DNA of 64,000 nucleotides from an uncultured Acidobacteriota bacterium (GCA_963823445.1 CAWGLT010000004.1:270084-334083), one strand, 5' to 3'; counted from the first letter of the stretch, positions 29,101 to 38,338 are shown. Made by a program: numbers and translations. The notes: generated from the letters alone by a model not told the origin.

Positions 29101-29578
29101 CGGTGAGTCGTTCCGCCAGAGCTCGCTGATCGAGCGTCTCGCCCGGAATCAACCGTTCGACGTGGGCTGCGACCGTCTCGGGCAGGGGCAACGATCCGAG
29201 GAGAGCCCGCACCGGAACCACCACCACTCGGATAACGCCATCGGCCACGCGCCGCAGCAGTCGGACCAGCTCGAGTCGAGATGCGAGGGGTGGCTCGGCG
29301 CCCCGGTAGGGGGCGCAGAGATCGCCCGGAACCCGCCCCACCCCGAGTCCGGGGGCGAGGAGCTCGATCCCGGCCGCGAGATCATCCACGTCCGCCACGT
29401 GGGGCACGACCACCGCTGCGAGTCCGGGCCGCCAGCCGCCGGCGGCAAGGGCGGCCACGGCCACCGAACGGGCGCCGGGGACGACGCCCCCGACGGCCAG
29501 CGGATGCTGCTTCTCCTTGAGAGCCTCGACAAGCGAGGCCAGATCGGGCAGCGGCAGGGGTGAGCGGTCACTGCTCAC
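26198..29578 (-). CDS. mfd: Transcription-repair coupling factor
   Basis: 1126-aa ORF with a GTG start. Superfamily 2 helicase motifs (LLCGDVGYGKTEVA, LVVLDEEQRFG, GQVYFVHNRV) and a TRG/CarD-like region. Confidence 0.95.
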   Translation of the reverse strand: MSSDRSPLPLPDLASLVEALKEKQHPLAVGGVVPGARSVAVAALAAGGWRPGLAAVVVPHVADVDDLAAGIELLAPGLGVGRVPGDLCAPYRGAEPPLASRLELVRLLRRVADGVIRVVVVPVRALLGSLPLPETVAAHVERLIPGETLDQRALAERLTAAGYRRVDLVEEAGDFAIRGWVVDIHDGGDRALRIVLDDDRIDEILRFDAASQRTTGEALGEISLYPLDPFPAEPERLAVVSDTLAPEWPALAEAMRSGAERRLWWSALHLEDEVTSWLDLADVTVLCDRDDAVGELHRWRQVQDREWKTLEGRSFALPPPDRILLDVDETSRRLETADLRLEQLEVVDGETKWWRIAASPMEDFSRRIPDLVPTLRNRRAQDLTQILVVASKGEARRFEHLLKEGDIAPVAEPPAVGEVSIVVGGIQHGFVIRDGLAVYGRRDLTAAPPPRRQSGGAAAFVSDLRDLRPGDTVIHLDHGIGRFDGFRRVVVEDRELEMLVLAYRGGDNLLVPVERADLIQKYASGDGETGPQLDRLGGSTWAKRKARVKKAVREMAAALLRLAAVRRGARGFQFSPDSPWQHEFEDAFEYDLTHDQERSVSEIKKDMESDRPMDRLLCGDVGYGKTEVAIRAAFKTVLEGKQVAVLAPTTILVGQHLETFQRRFSGFPVEIRMLSRFVSSAQARQTLEELAQGRVDVVIGTHRLLGSDVRFRDLGLVVLDEEQRFGVAQKEKLKRLRTEVDVVSMSATPIPRTLNMAMSGLRDISLIETPPVNRQAVETSVREFSEEVVREAILYEMERGGQVYFVHNRVKSIGAFAVWLQRIVPEARVVVGHGQMSEGQLEKSMRTFLDGKADVLLATAIIENGLDIANANTLLVNRADRFGLAQLYQLRGRVGRSDRLAYAYFLVPSGEALSGAARARLAAIQEFCELGAGFRIAARDLEIRGAGNLLGAEQHGFIEAVGFETYCQLLEEAVAELEGRPAISRREVELRLGLDLQLPDAYISEPELRLSFYKRLSATEDENAIAGLIEEIIDRYGPPPPQLQTLARAQGVRLAAQRIGATAVQRRSGRWRIKLDPAVEPPERLGEVLTNWPDALLSPTGEITVPTGLVGAEIDQVLGLLNALGA

Positions 29579-29630
29579 TGATGACGACTCACAACCGACG
29601 ACTCACGACTTACGACTTACGACTCACGAT

Positions 29631-30902
29631 CTAAACCATCTTCAGCAGGTGGCCCATCTTGCTTTTCTTGGCCTCGAGATAGGAGCGGTTGGTGTCGTTG
29701 GGCGGGACCTCGAGAGCGACGCGCTCGACGATCTCGAGCCCATATCCGCGCAGCGCGGTGTACTTTGCCGGGTTGTTCGTCATCAGCCGCAGACGCCGGG
29801 CGCCGAGGTCGTAGAGGATCTGAGCGCCGGTGCCGTAGTCGCGGGGATCCGCCTTGAACCCGAGGTGCAGATTCGCCTCCACGGTGTCGGCGCCCTGGTC
29901 CTGGAGTTCGTAGGCTCGGAGCTTGTTGAACAGCCCGATGCCGCGTCCTTCCTGGAGCAGGTAGAGCAGCACGCCTTTGCCCTCGAGGGCGATCCGTTCC
30001 AGGGCGGCGGCGAGCTGAACGCCGCAATCGCAGCGCGCCGAACCAAAGACATCGCCGGTGAGGCACTGGGAGTGGACCCGGACCAGGACCGGTTCATCCG
30101 GGTCGATCTCGCCCATGACCAGGGCCACGTGCTCCTCGCCGTTGACGGTGTTGCGGTAGGCGTGAATCCGAAACGAACCGAACTCGGTGGGAAGCTCGGG
30201 TCCGGCCACCTGCTCGACGAGTTTCTCGTTCTTCATCCGGTAGGCGATGAGATCGGCGACGGTGGTCAGACCGAGACCGTGCTCTCGGGCGAAGGCCGCC
30301 AGTCGCGGCAGACGCGCCATCCGCCCGTCTTCATCCATGACCTCGCAGAGGACGGCGGCCGGGGTCAGACCGGCCATCCGCGCCATGTCGACTCCGGCCT
30401 CGGTATGGCCGGCTCGTTTGAGGACTCCGCCGCGGCGGGCGCGTAACGGGAACATGTGGCCGGGCCGCCGAAGATCCCCGGGGCCCGAGGTCGGGTCCGC
30501 CAGGACCCGAACGGTCTCGGCGCGATCGTGCGCGGAAATGCCGGTGGTGGTGTTCCTGGTGGCTTCGACGCTGACGGTGAACGCGGTCTCGTGCGCCGAG
30601 GTGTTCTTCTCGACCATGAGCGGGAGTTCGAGCTCGTCGCACCGCTCGGAGGTCATGGCGACGCAGATCAGGCCGCGGCCGAACCGCGCCATGAAGTTGA
30701 TGGCCTCCGGGGTGACCGCATCGGCGGCGAAGATGAGGTCCCCCTCGTTTTCGCGGTCTTCATCATCGACCACGAGGATCTGCTCGCCACGACCGATCCG
30801 CCGAATGGCCTCTTCGGTCGAGATGAAGACATCGCCCGCGATTTTCAGAAACTCGTCAGTCACTGCGCTCTCCTCGTCACCCTCACTGTGGTGGTGATCC
30901 AT
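29631..30902 (-). CDS. ribBA: Bifunctional 3,4-dihydroxy-2-butanone-4-phosphate synthase / GTP cyclohydrolase II
   Basis: 423-aa ORF. The DHBP synthase part has DDEDRENEGDLIFAA and the GCH II part has VRVHSQCLTGDVFGSARCDCG. Confidence 0.9.
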   Translation of the reverse strand: MDHHHSEGDEESAVTDEFLKIAGDVFISTEEAIRRIGRGEQILVVDDEDRENEGDLIFAADAVTPEAINFMARFGRGLICVAMTSERCDELELPLMVEKNTSAHETAFTVSVEATRNTTTGISAHDRAETVRVLADPTSGPGDLRRPGHMFPLRARRGGVLKRAGHTEAGVDMARMAGLTPAAVLCEVMDEDGRMARLPRLAAFAREHGLGLTTVADLIAYRMKNEKLVEQVAGPELPTEFGSFRIHAYRNTVNGEEHVALVMGEIDPDEPVLVRVHSQCLTGDVFGSARCDCGVQLAAALERIALEGKGVLLYLLQEGRGIGLFNKLRAYELQDQGADTVEANLHLGFKADPRDYGTGAQILYDLGARRLRLMTNNPAKYTALRGYGLEIVERVALEVPPNDTNRSYLEAKKSKMGHLLKMV

Positions 30903-31002
30903 GGGTCAACGGTCCGGCAGGCGCTTGCCAGTGCATCGTGACACCGGACGCGAGGCTCGAATGGTAGCCCGAAGGCGGGCAGGCTGCAAGTCTTGCCCGT
31001 TA

Positions 31003-31040
31003 TTTCAGACCCAAGGCGGCGCGCCGCCTTGGGTCTGAAA
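31003..31040. repeat. Perfect 38-nt palindrome in the ribBA / namZ-like divergent intergenic region
   Basis: tttcagacccaaggcggcg|cgccgccttgggtctgaaa has 19+19 nt with no mismatch. Confidence 0.6.
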
Positions 31041-31097
31041 AAATGGGAATTACGAATTGTGAATTATGAATTGGGCTCATCGCGATAGGATGATCCC

Positions 31098-32276
31098 ATG
31101 ACTCGAGTGACCACCGGTCTGGATATTCTCGCCGCCGACCCTGCCGTCATCACCGGGCGGCGCTGGGCGCTGCTCGCCAACCACGCTGCGGTCAACCGGA
31201 ATCTCGACCCCGCGAGAGGCGCCCTCGCGGCCGCGGCAGGACCGCCGACGAGAATCTTCGCCCCCGAACACGGACTCGATGGCGTGGCCCAGGACATGGA
31301 GACCGTGGATGATCAACGCGACGGTCTGACCGGTGCGCCCGTGCGGTCGCTCTATGGAAGCACGGCCGCGACTCTGCGACCGCGGTCCGAGGATCTCGGC
31401 GATCTCGACATCCTGGTCGTCGACCTGCCCGACATCGGAAGTCGTTACTACACCTTTGCCGCCACCATGGACGCCGTCATGGCCGGGTGTGAGGCGGACG
31501 GGGTCGAGGTGCTGGTTCTCGACCGGCCCAACCCCATCGGCGGGGTGCGTCGAGAAGGCGGGCCTGTGACCTCCGGGTGCGAGTCCTTCGTGTCCCAGAT
31601 CCCGACACCCATCCGGCACGGACTCACCCTGGGTGAAATCGCCCTTCTGCTTCGGCGTGAGCGGTATGCCAACCTCGACCTCGGGGTGGTCACCTGCCGC
31701 GACTGGCCGCGGCGAGCATGGGGTGACGAAACCGGTTTGCCGTGGATTCCGCCAAGCCCGAACATGCCGACCCTCGAGACCGCGGCCATCTACCCGGGTG
31801 GATGCCTGATCGAGGCGACGAGTCTCTCGGAGGGGCGGGGCACGACGCGGCCGTTCCACCTCATCGGGGCGCCGTGGGCGGACGCCGAGACCGCCACCGC
31901 CGAGCTCCGGGCTCTCGATCTTCCGGGTGTCGCCTTCCGTGCGGCCCGCTTTCGTCCCCAGTTCGGCAAACATGCGGCCAGGATCTGTTCCGGTGTCGAA
32001 ATCCACCTCACCGACCGCAAGGCTCTCGAACCCGTGGCTCTCGGTCTGCACCTGCTCAGGGTCTTCCACGATCTCAACCCGGGAGAATTCTCGTGGCGCG
32101 CCGAACCCTACGAATTCGTCAGCGAGGTGCCCGCCCTCGATCTGCTCACCGGATCACCGGCGGCGCGGCGCTGCATCGAGGATGGCACACCGTTCGATCC
32201 CCTGTTCGACGAGTGGCGAGGCTGGGTTGCCACCTTCGAGGACACACTTGAGGGGATCTTGCTGTACCACGGGTAG
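31098..32276 (+). CDS. DUF1343 family protein (exo-beta-N-acetylmuramidase NamZ-like)
   Basis: 392-aa ORF. Has FAPEHGL, VVDLPDIGSRYYTF, LDRPNPIGG and SLSEGRGTTRPF motifs characteristic of DUF1343. Confidence 0.75.
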   Translation: MTRVTTGLDILAADPAVITGRRWALLANHAAVNRNLDPARGALAAAAGPPTRIFAPEHGLDGVAQDMETVDDQRDGLTGAPVRSLYGSTAATLRPRSEDLGDLDILVVDLPDIGSRYYTFAATMDAVMAGCEADGVEVLVLDRPNPIGGVRREGGPVTSGCESFVSQIPTPIRHGLTLGEIALLLRRERYANLDLGVVTCRDWPRRAWGDETGLPWIPPSPNMPTLETAAIYPGGCLIEATSLSEGRGTTRPFHLIGAPWADAETATAELRALDLPGVAFRAARFRPQFGKHAARICSGVEIHLTDRKALEPVALGLHLLRVFHDLNPGEFSWRAEPYEFVSEVPALDLLTGSPAARRCIEDGTPFDPLFDEWRGWVATFEDTLEGILLYHG

Positions 32277-32630
32277 GGCACGCGAATTCACCACAGAGCC
32301 GCTCCCATCGCAGTTCAACGCAAAGACGCAAAGACGCAAAGAACATCGCAAAGGGCACCGCATTTTTTTGATCCATCGCATCATCGCAGCGTTTGATCGA
32401 CTATTTCGTGTGTGAGGCGAGTTCGGGCTTCGCTTCCGATGGCAAGACCACTGTCACCCTGAGCACCGCCCCGCCGCGAGGCAGCGCCTACTCATGGGAA
32501 GAACAAGGGTTCGATCCGGCAACGCTCCGTTGCACCGCCATATCGATAATCGAGTGCGGAACTGCCTCAATAGAAATCACCTACCAAAAGTGGACGAGTT
32601 CGATTTCTTCCATACTCGTGGCGCGCGCGA

Positions 32631-32786
32631 TTGAAACACCAAGGACACAAGGAGCCACGAAGGTCCCACGAAGCATCGCAATATTGACCCGGGCTCCCTC
32701 CGATCTTGAAGGATCGGACAACCATGCGATGAGCCAGGCACAACTTGGTGGTCTCTTTGTGGTTCTCGGTGACCTTTGTGTTTCAA
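32631..32786. repeat. MITE-like element, copy C
   Basis: Has the ttgaaacaccaaggacacaagg... and ...ggtgacctttgtgtttcaag ends, plus the shared core agcatcgcaatattgacccgggctccctccga. Confidence 0.6.
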
Positions 32787-32960
32787 GACGCGGGTGCCGA
32801 CGACCCGAAGACATCCAATCCGAGAGTTGGGCTCTCAATGGAGGCTCGATCCTTGGCCCGGTCAAGAGAGATTCTGCGCCACTGCGTTGAGAACTGCGAT
32901 GACTCTGCGTCTCTGCGCCTTTGCGTAAAGAACTGCGATGTCTCTGTGGCCGCCTCGTGT

Positions 32961-34181
32961 TTACGCGCGTTTCCGGTTCGACCGGCGGTGAGAGCCCCTG
33001 CCCAACCGGGCCGGCATGTTTTGCAGCCGGGTCACCTCTTCGACGATCCGGGCGGCCGCAATATCCACCTCCTCCTCGGTGGTCCACCGCCCGAGACTGA
33101 GCCTGAGCGACGAACCGGCGAGTTCGTCATCGACACCCATGGCGCGGAGCACCGGCGATGGTTCGGGGTGAGCCGAGGTGCACGCCGAACCGGTGTTGAT
33201 GGCGAGATCCGGCAGCGACGCGAGCAGAGCGTTGACATCGATCCCGGCGATGGAGAGATTGGCGGTGTTGGGCAGTCGATTCGCGGCGTCGCCGTTTCGC
33301 CGCGATCCATCCAAGGATGCGAGAATCGAGGATTCGAGCCGGTCGCGGAGGGTCGCGAGGCGCGCGCGCTCCTCGTCGCCCAGATCGACGGCGATCTCCA
33401 TCGCCCGAGCCATCCCGACCGCACCCGGGACGTTGGGGGTCCCTGATCGGAGACCGCCCTCCTGGCCACCGCCAAACATGACCGGTGCGAGCCGAATCGG
33501 CGGCCGTCGGTGACGGATCCACAGCGCGCCAACCCCCTTCGGACCATAGAACTTGTGCGCCGAGGCGGTGAGGAGATCGATATCGAGTTCGGCGACATCG
33601 ACCGGAATCTTGCCGACGGCCTGGGCGGCGTCGCAGTGGACGAGGGCGCCGCGCGAACGGGCGAGGCCCGCCGCCTCGGTCACCGGCTGCACGGTGCCGG
33701 TTTCATTGTTCGCGAGCATCAGGGAGACCAGGACGGTTTCGTCCCGGAGCGCTCGGGCGAACTCATCGAGATCGATTCGACCGGCGCGGTCGACTCCGAC
33801 CAGGGTGATCTGCCATCCGCGTCTCGCCAGGGCCGCCAGGGGCTCGAGGACCGAAGCATGTTCGGTGCGTTGGCTGATGATGTGGCGGCCCCGGTCCGCC
33901 AGTGCTTCGGCGGCGCCCATGAGAGCGATGTTGTTGCCCTCGGTCGCGCCGGCGGTGAAGACCACCTCGCTCGCCGCGCGTCCGCCGAGCAGGCGGTCCA
34001 CCGTGGCGCGGGCCCCTTCCAACTCGGCGGCTGCATCGCGCCCGGGCCGGTGGTTGCGGGTCGTCGGGTTGGCGTAGCTCTCGGTCAGCAGCGGCAGCAT
34101 CGCCTCGACCACCCGCGGATCGCACGGGGTGGTGGCGTTGTGATCGAGGTAGATGACTCCTTTGGCCATGGCGTCGATCAT
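32961..34181 (-). CDS. Cysteine desulfurase (IscS/NifS family, PLP-dependent)
   Basis: 406-aa ORF. Has YLDHNATTP, SAHKFYGPKGVGAL (PLP lysine) and GSACTS active-site Cys motifs. An alternative start at 34169 is possible. Confidence 0.85.
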   Translation of the reverse strand: MIDAMAKGVIYLDHNATTPCDPRVVEAMLPLLTESYANPTTRNHRPGRDAAAELEGARATVDRLLGGRAASEVVFTAGATEGNNIALMGAAEALADRGRHIISQRTEHASVLEPLAALARRGWQITLVGVDRAGRIDLDEFARALRDETVLVSLMLANNETGTVQPVTEAAGLARSRGALVHCDAAQAVGKIPVDVAELDIDLLTASAHKFYGPKGVGALWIRHRRPPIRLAPVMFGGGQEGGLRSGTPNVPGAVGMARAMEIAVDLGDEERARLATLRDRLESSILASLDGSRRNGDAANRLPNTANLSIAGIDVNALLASLPDLAINTGSACTSAHPEPSPVLRAMGVDDELAGSSLRLSLGRWTTEEEVDIAAARIVEEVTRLQNMPARLGRGSHRRSNRKRA

Positions 34182-34221
34182 CTTACTCGTGTTCGACCCA
34201 TCGCGGCGCTACTATTGATCC

Positions 34222-35475
34222 ATGACCCGTCCAACCAGCTGCGATCTCGGCCACGGCGTCAGAGTGATGCCGGGCGATGGCGGCAGGATCGTTGTCCTGA
34301 GCGCGGATTTCGATCTCGGGTGGCGGCTGCGGGAGGACGGCCGACCGGGAGCCGCGGTGATGTGGGAGGGATCCGGGTTCGAGGTGGTGGAGCGTGCGGC
34401 CTGGCGTCGCGGCGCCCGCTGGATCCTGGCGCCATGGACGGGCGAGGACGTGATGCGGGTGGTGTTGCCCCTCGACAGAGATTCGGTGGTTGCTGCGGCC
34501 CGGGCGGCGCGGGCTGGAGCCCGCGCCGCCCGACTGCGGCCCTGGCTCCTGATCGGCGCGCCGATTCTCGGTCTTGCTCCGGCGTCCGTCCAGCGTCGCT
34601 GGCGTGATGACATCGCATTTCCGGCGACCCTGGCGACGGCGCTTTCCGCCATTTCAGAGATCGTTGTGGGCAGCATGTGCGTCGTCGAGCTCATGCTGTC
34701 CGCATTTGGGGACGAATCGCTCTTCCCGTGGATCCCGGAACCGGTGGTCCCCCTCGGTTTGGTGATCTTCGTGGAGGGCGCCATTCGCATGGCGCATGTC
34801 GTTTCCGAAAACGGTCCCCTGGGATCGCTGGTCGGGCTGCCGGTGACCCTCCTCGAACGACGGAAATCACCGCCCTCGGAACCGATCCCCGCGCCGACGG
34901 TGGAGAACTTCGATGCATCCACCGGCCGTCTCGAGTTGCTGTCGACGATTCACCGGCGCGACTGGGATGAACCCGGATTCCTGCCGTATCGCGGCGAGGT
35001 CTTCTCGCTGGCCGCCATCGACAGGCTCGGGAAAGACTGGGTCTATGTCTTTCATCGTGTCGTGGATGCCGACCAACCACCCGCCGCCACGCTCCGTCTC
35101 GCGCCGCCCCGTTCGAAAATGGAGGGCCGATCGTTCGCCGATCAACGCGGCGCCGCCGAGATCGTGCTGCTTTCCATCGCTGCAACCCTGGCCCCGAGGC
35201 GATTTCAGGAGCGGTGGGCGCGGGAACTCGGGGTGCGGCCGTTCTGGTTCACCTTGATGGGCGCCTCGGCCGAACTCATCGGGGGCGTCACCAACCTGGA
35301 TGCGCCGGGGGATCCAAAGGTGCTGATGGTGCTGCTCAACCTCTTTTTCTGCGCCGAAGCCCTGGTGCGGTTTTGCTCACTCCTCTTCCGGGGTCGACCC
35401 CTTGGCAGCGTCTTTGGCGTGCCCCTGGCCGCCATCCTGGAAAAGCGCCTTCCCGAGTCCGCGCGAGCGATCTGA
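34222..35475 (+). CDS. Hypothetical integral membrane protein
   Basis: 417-aa ORF with several hydrophobic helices and an apparent internal two-fold organisation. No recognisable family. Confidence 0.5.
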   Translation: MTRPTSCDLGHGVRVMPGDGGRIVVLSADFDLGWRLREDGRPGAAVMWEGSGFEVVERAAWRRGARWILAPWTGEDVMRVVLPLDRDSVVAAARAARAGARAARLRPWLLIGAPILGLAPASVQRRWRDDIAFPATLATALSAISEIVVGSMCVVELMLSAFGDESLFPWIPEPVVPLGLVIFVEGAIRMAHVVSENGPLGSLVGLPVTLLERRKSPPSEPIPAPTVENFDASTGRLELLSTIHRRDWDEPGFLPYRGEVFSLAAIDRLGKDWVYVFHRVVDADQPPAATLRLAPPRSKMEGRSFADQRGAAEIVLLSIAATLAPRRFQERWARELGVRPFWFTLMGASAELIGGVTNLDAPGDPKVLMVLLNLFFCAEALVRFCSLLFRGRPLGSVFGVPLAAILEKRLPESARAI

Positions 35476-35527
35476 CGGTGTTCAGGAGGGTTGAACAGCC
35501 CTCCCCCGATAGTGCTAAGCTCCGCGT

Positions 35528-36373
35528 ATGCGGCGACGTATCGCATATCCGGGCGTTTTTGTTTGTCTGTGGCTGACCCTCGGCTGCGGGACCGATGAGG
35601 GCGTTGTGGCCGTGGTCGGTGACGACACGGTCGAGCTGGCGGTGTTTCAGGAGCACCTCGTGGCGGCGACCGGAGAGGCGTGGCAGGGAGTGACCGGTCC
35701 GGTGGCCTCTCGTCTGCTCGACCAGTTCATCGACCAGGAGGTCGTGGTAGCGGCGGCCGGGCGCAGCGGCGAAGGCGTCGTCCCCATCGAGCCCGGCGCA
35801 CGATCGGCCCGGGTCAGGCTGCTGCTCGACGATCTTTGCGGACCGCCGTCCCCGCCGGCGGAGGAGGTCGTCGAAGCCGAGATCGCCGCGGCGCAGGTGG
35901 TTTCACGTCCGGCTCGAGCCTCCGTGCGCCAGATGCTGCTCGACACTCAAGAGGCGGCCACGGCGGCCCGGCAACAACTCGATGACGGGATGGATTTTGT
36001 CGAGCTGTCGCGTCTGGTCAGCCGCGCTCCCAACGCCGCCGGCGGTGGCGAGCTCGGCATTCTCACCCAGGGAGGCCTGTCGGATAACCTCGACGAGGTC
36101 ATCTTCGCGCTCAAGGCGGGTGAGATTTCCGCGCCGGTTCCCGGCCCGTCGGGTTACCATATATTCCAGGTCCTCGAGGTGGTGCCGGCCGGGCCGCCGC
36201 CCCGCGGGGAGATCGAGCCCGATGTTCGCCGCCGACTCGGCGAGATCGCGGCGCGGAAACACGCCGCCGAATGCGTGCAGAGGCTCGCCAGCGAGGTCGG
36301 TGTGAACGTGAACCACAATCGGTTGTGGTTCGACTATCAGGGCCGGTATGCAGAGGAGATTCATGCGAGCTAA
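35528..36373 (+). CDS. Peptidyl-prolyl cis-trans isomerase, parvulin (PpiC) type, lipoprotein
   Basis: 281-aa ORF. Has the lipobox LTLGC. The rotamase region is VRQMLL...GGELG...GEISAPVPGPSGYHIFQV. Confidence 0.7.
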   Translation: MRRRIAYPGVFVCLWLTLGCGTDEGVVAVVGDDTVELAVFQEHLVAATGEAWQGVTGPVASRLLDQFIDQEVVVAAAGRSGEGVVPIEPGARSARVRLLLDDLCGPPSPPAEEVVEAEIAAAQVVSRPARASVRQMLLDTQEAATAARQQLDDGMDFVELSRLVSRAPNAAGGGELGILTQGGLSDNLDEVIFALKAGEISAPVPGPSGYHIFQVLEVVPAGPPPRGEIEPDVRRRLGEIAARKHAAECVQRLASEVGVNVNHNRLWFDYQGRYAEEIHAS

Positions 36374-37343
36374 ATCGGTTGCGTTTCTGGCGGCCCTCGC
36401 CCTCGTGACCTCGGCGGGCATCGCGACCGCCGAACGCGAAGTCCTGGAAACCATTTTGGTTCGAGTCAACGATCGCATCGTGACCGTCAACGATTTCAAG
36501 ATCCGACTCCGGCAGGAGCTGGCGCAGGTCAATCCGATACCGACGGGCAAGGACCTTCGCGACTATACCGAGAATCTGTTCCAGACCATGATCGATGAGA
36601 TGCTCCTCCTCGAAAGGGCCGAGGATCGACGGATCAAGGTGGATGAAAAGTCGGTGGATGCGGCCATCGACGGTTTGCGGGAACAGAACGATCTCATGGA
36701 TGATGAGGCCTGGGAGGCGGCCCTCGAGAGCTCCGGGATGGAGATCGACGATCTCCGCGAGAGGTACCGCCAGACCATCCTTCTGTCGCGCACGGTTCAG
36801 TCCGAAATCCGCGCCACCGAGATCACCGAGGAAGAGGTCCGGATCAAGTACGAGCAGGACAAGAATCTGTACAAGGTTCCGGCCAAGGTCGACCTCGAAC
36901 AGCTCTTCTTCCCGGTTGCCGAAAACGGGTCCAACGAGGCCGAGGTGCTCCGGGTCGCCAACGGTCTCGTCAAACGGGTCTCCGAAGGATCGGATCTTCA
37001 GGCCGAGGCGACCCTCGCCGGAATCGAGGTCCAGGACCTCGGTTCGATCCCCCTGGCAGACCTCCGGAGCGATCTCCGCGCCGCCCTCGATGGAGTCGAA
37101 GACGGCGGTTTCACCGAACCGCTCGTGACCGCCGGCGGGATCCAGGTGATTCACATCGTCGAGCGGATCCCCGAAGGCTATCAGCCCTTTGACGAAGTCG
37201 CAGAGGACATCAAAAGGCGGATGGGGAACGCCTCCTACCAGGAGCAGTCGCGTGGATTTGTCGAACGTCTCAGGGAGGAATACCTGGTGACGATCGACCA
37301 GAAACAGCTCGATTTCATCCTCGATGTCGTCGAGACCCTGTGA
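36363..37343 (+). CDS. SurA-like periplasmic chaperone (SurA N-terminal domain family)
   Basis: ORF 36348..37343. ATG 36363 gives the signal peptide MRAKSVAFLAALALVTSAGIATA. ILVRVNDRIVTVNDF resembles the SurA N-terminal domain. Confidence 0.6.
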   Translation: MRAKSVAFLAALALVTSAGIATAEREVLETILVRVNDRIVTVNDFKIRLRQELAQVNPIPTGKDLRDYTENLFQTMIDEMLLLERAEDRRIKVDEKSVDAAIDGLREQNDLMDDEAWEAALESSGMEIDDLRERYRQTILLSRTVQSEIRATEITEEEVRIKYEQDKNLYKVPAKVDLEQLFFPVAENGSNEAEVLRVANGLVKRVSEGSDLQAEATLAGIEVQDLGSIPLADLRSDLRAALDGVEDGGFTEPLVTAGGIQVIHIVERIPEGYQPFDEVAEDIKRRMGNASYQEQSRGFVERLREEYLVTIDQKQLDFILDVVETL

Positions 37344-38338
37344 TGACGTCTTCCGCCGGGAGTGACGGCGTGGCATCGAAGACCCAGCGGACCTGGATCA
37401 GCGATCTGCAACCCGGGACCGAGATCGAGGAGAGCTTTGTCGTCCGCTCCAAGGATGTGCGTCAGCGACGGGGGGGAGGGCCCTTCCTGGCGGGGACTCT
37501 CGGCGACCGGACCGGCGAGGTTGCGGCTCTGGTTTGGGAGAACGTCGGCGAGCTCGGCAAGATCCTCGAGGTGGGATCGGTGGTGAAGGTCAAGGGCCAG
37601 GTCCAGCGCTACAACAACCGGCTCCAGGTCGTCATCCGTCGGGCCGCGGTGGTGCCAGCGGAACACATCGACGAGGCGCTCTATGTGAGGTCTTCGGCGG
37701 TGGATGTCGATCTTCTCTGGCAGCGGCTCAACGCGCTCGTCGATGGCGTCGAGAACAAGGACCTGAGGCAGCTTCTCTTTCGGGTGATCTCCGATCCCGA
37801 GGTTGCCGACCGGCTGCGGATTGCGCCGGCGGCGCGGGGCATGCACCACGCATTCCGTTCCGGGCTCCTCGAGCACACGGTGTCCATGGCGACCATCGGT
37901 CTCGAACTGGCGCGCCACTACGCGATCAATACCGATCTCGTGGTGGCGGGGTGCGTTCTCCACGATCTCGGGAAGATCTGGGAGCTCGAGATTTCATCCT
38001 CCATCGAGTACACCGATGAGGGGCGTTTGCTGGGTCATCTGGCCATGGAAGTGCTCTTTGTCGATCGCCACATTTCCGAGATGAGCGCCTTCCCGGATGA
38101 GACCCGTCGTCAGCTCTTGCACATCCTGCTCGCTCACCACGGTCGCTACGAATACGGTTCACCGCGACGACCGAAGACGCCCGAGGCCCTCGTCGTCCAC
38201 ATGGTGGATCTCCTGGACTCCAAGATGGCGGGGATGATGGAGGCGATCAACGCCGATGGCGATCCTGAAGCGGCGTGGTCGCCGTACTCGAAGATCCTCG
38301 ATCGGTTCATCTACCGCCGGAGGATCGACGAGGGGTGA
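37343..38338 (+). CDS. OB-fold plus HD-domain 3'-5' exoribonuclease (YhaM family)
   Basis: ORF 37340..38338 in a GTGATGA start context overlapping the upstream stop. Has an OB-fold N-terminus and the HD motifs HHAFRSGLLEHT and LHDLGK...HH. Confidence 0.75.
   Translation: MTSSAGSDGVASKTQRTWISDLQPGTEIEESFVVRSKDVRQRRGGGPFLAGTLGDRTGEVAALVWENVGELGKILEVGSVVKVKGQVQRYNNRLQVVIRRAAVVPAEHIDEALYVRSSAVDVDLLWQRLNALVDGVENKDLRQLLFRVISDPEVADRLRIAPAARGMHHAFRSGLLEHTVSMATIGLELARHYAINTDLVVAGCVLHDLGKIWELEISSSIEYTDEGRLLGHLAMEVLFVDRHISEMSAFPDETRRQLLHILLAHHGRYEYGSPRRPKTPEALVVHMVDLLDSKMAGMMEAINADGDPEAAWSPYSKILDRFIYRRRIDEG

Noticed and set aside
26429-29563. Very long ORFs antisense to or overlapping real genes. Examples: 26429..29563 (+, 1044 aa, antisense to mfd), 26..1513 (+), 2012..3343 (+), 8123..10003 (-), 21743..24025 (+), 61206..63257 (-), 55114..56394 (+).
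   Set aside because: These are typical high-GC artefacts, because stop codons are rare in alternative frames. The translations are Arg/Gly/Asp/Pro-rich with no family motifs, and the opposite strand encodes clearly recognisable proteins.
30903-31097. FMN riboswitch upstream of ribBA.
   Set aside because: None of the conserved RFN sequence blocks could be found by eye on the ribBA strand. I kept this as a note to verify with Infernal rather than as a feature.
32500-32525. tRNA or tmRNA-like T-loop (gggttcgatcc) in the 32.4-32.6 kb unique core.
   Set aside because: The flanking bases do not form a T-stem or an acceptor stem, so this is an isolated motif match only.
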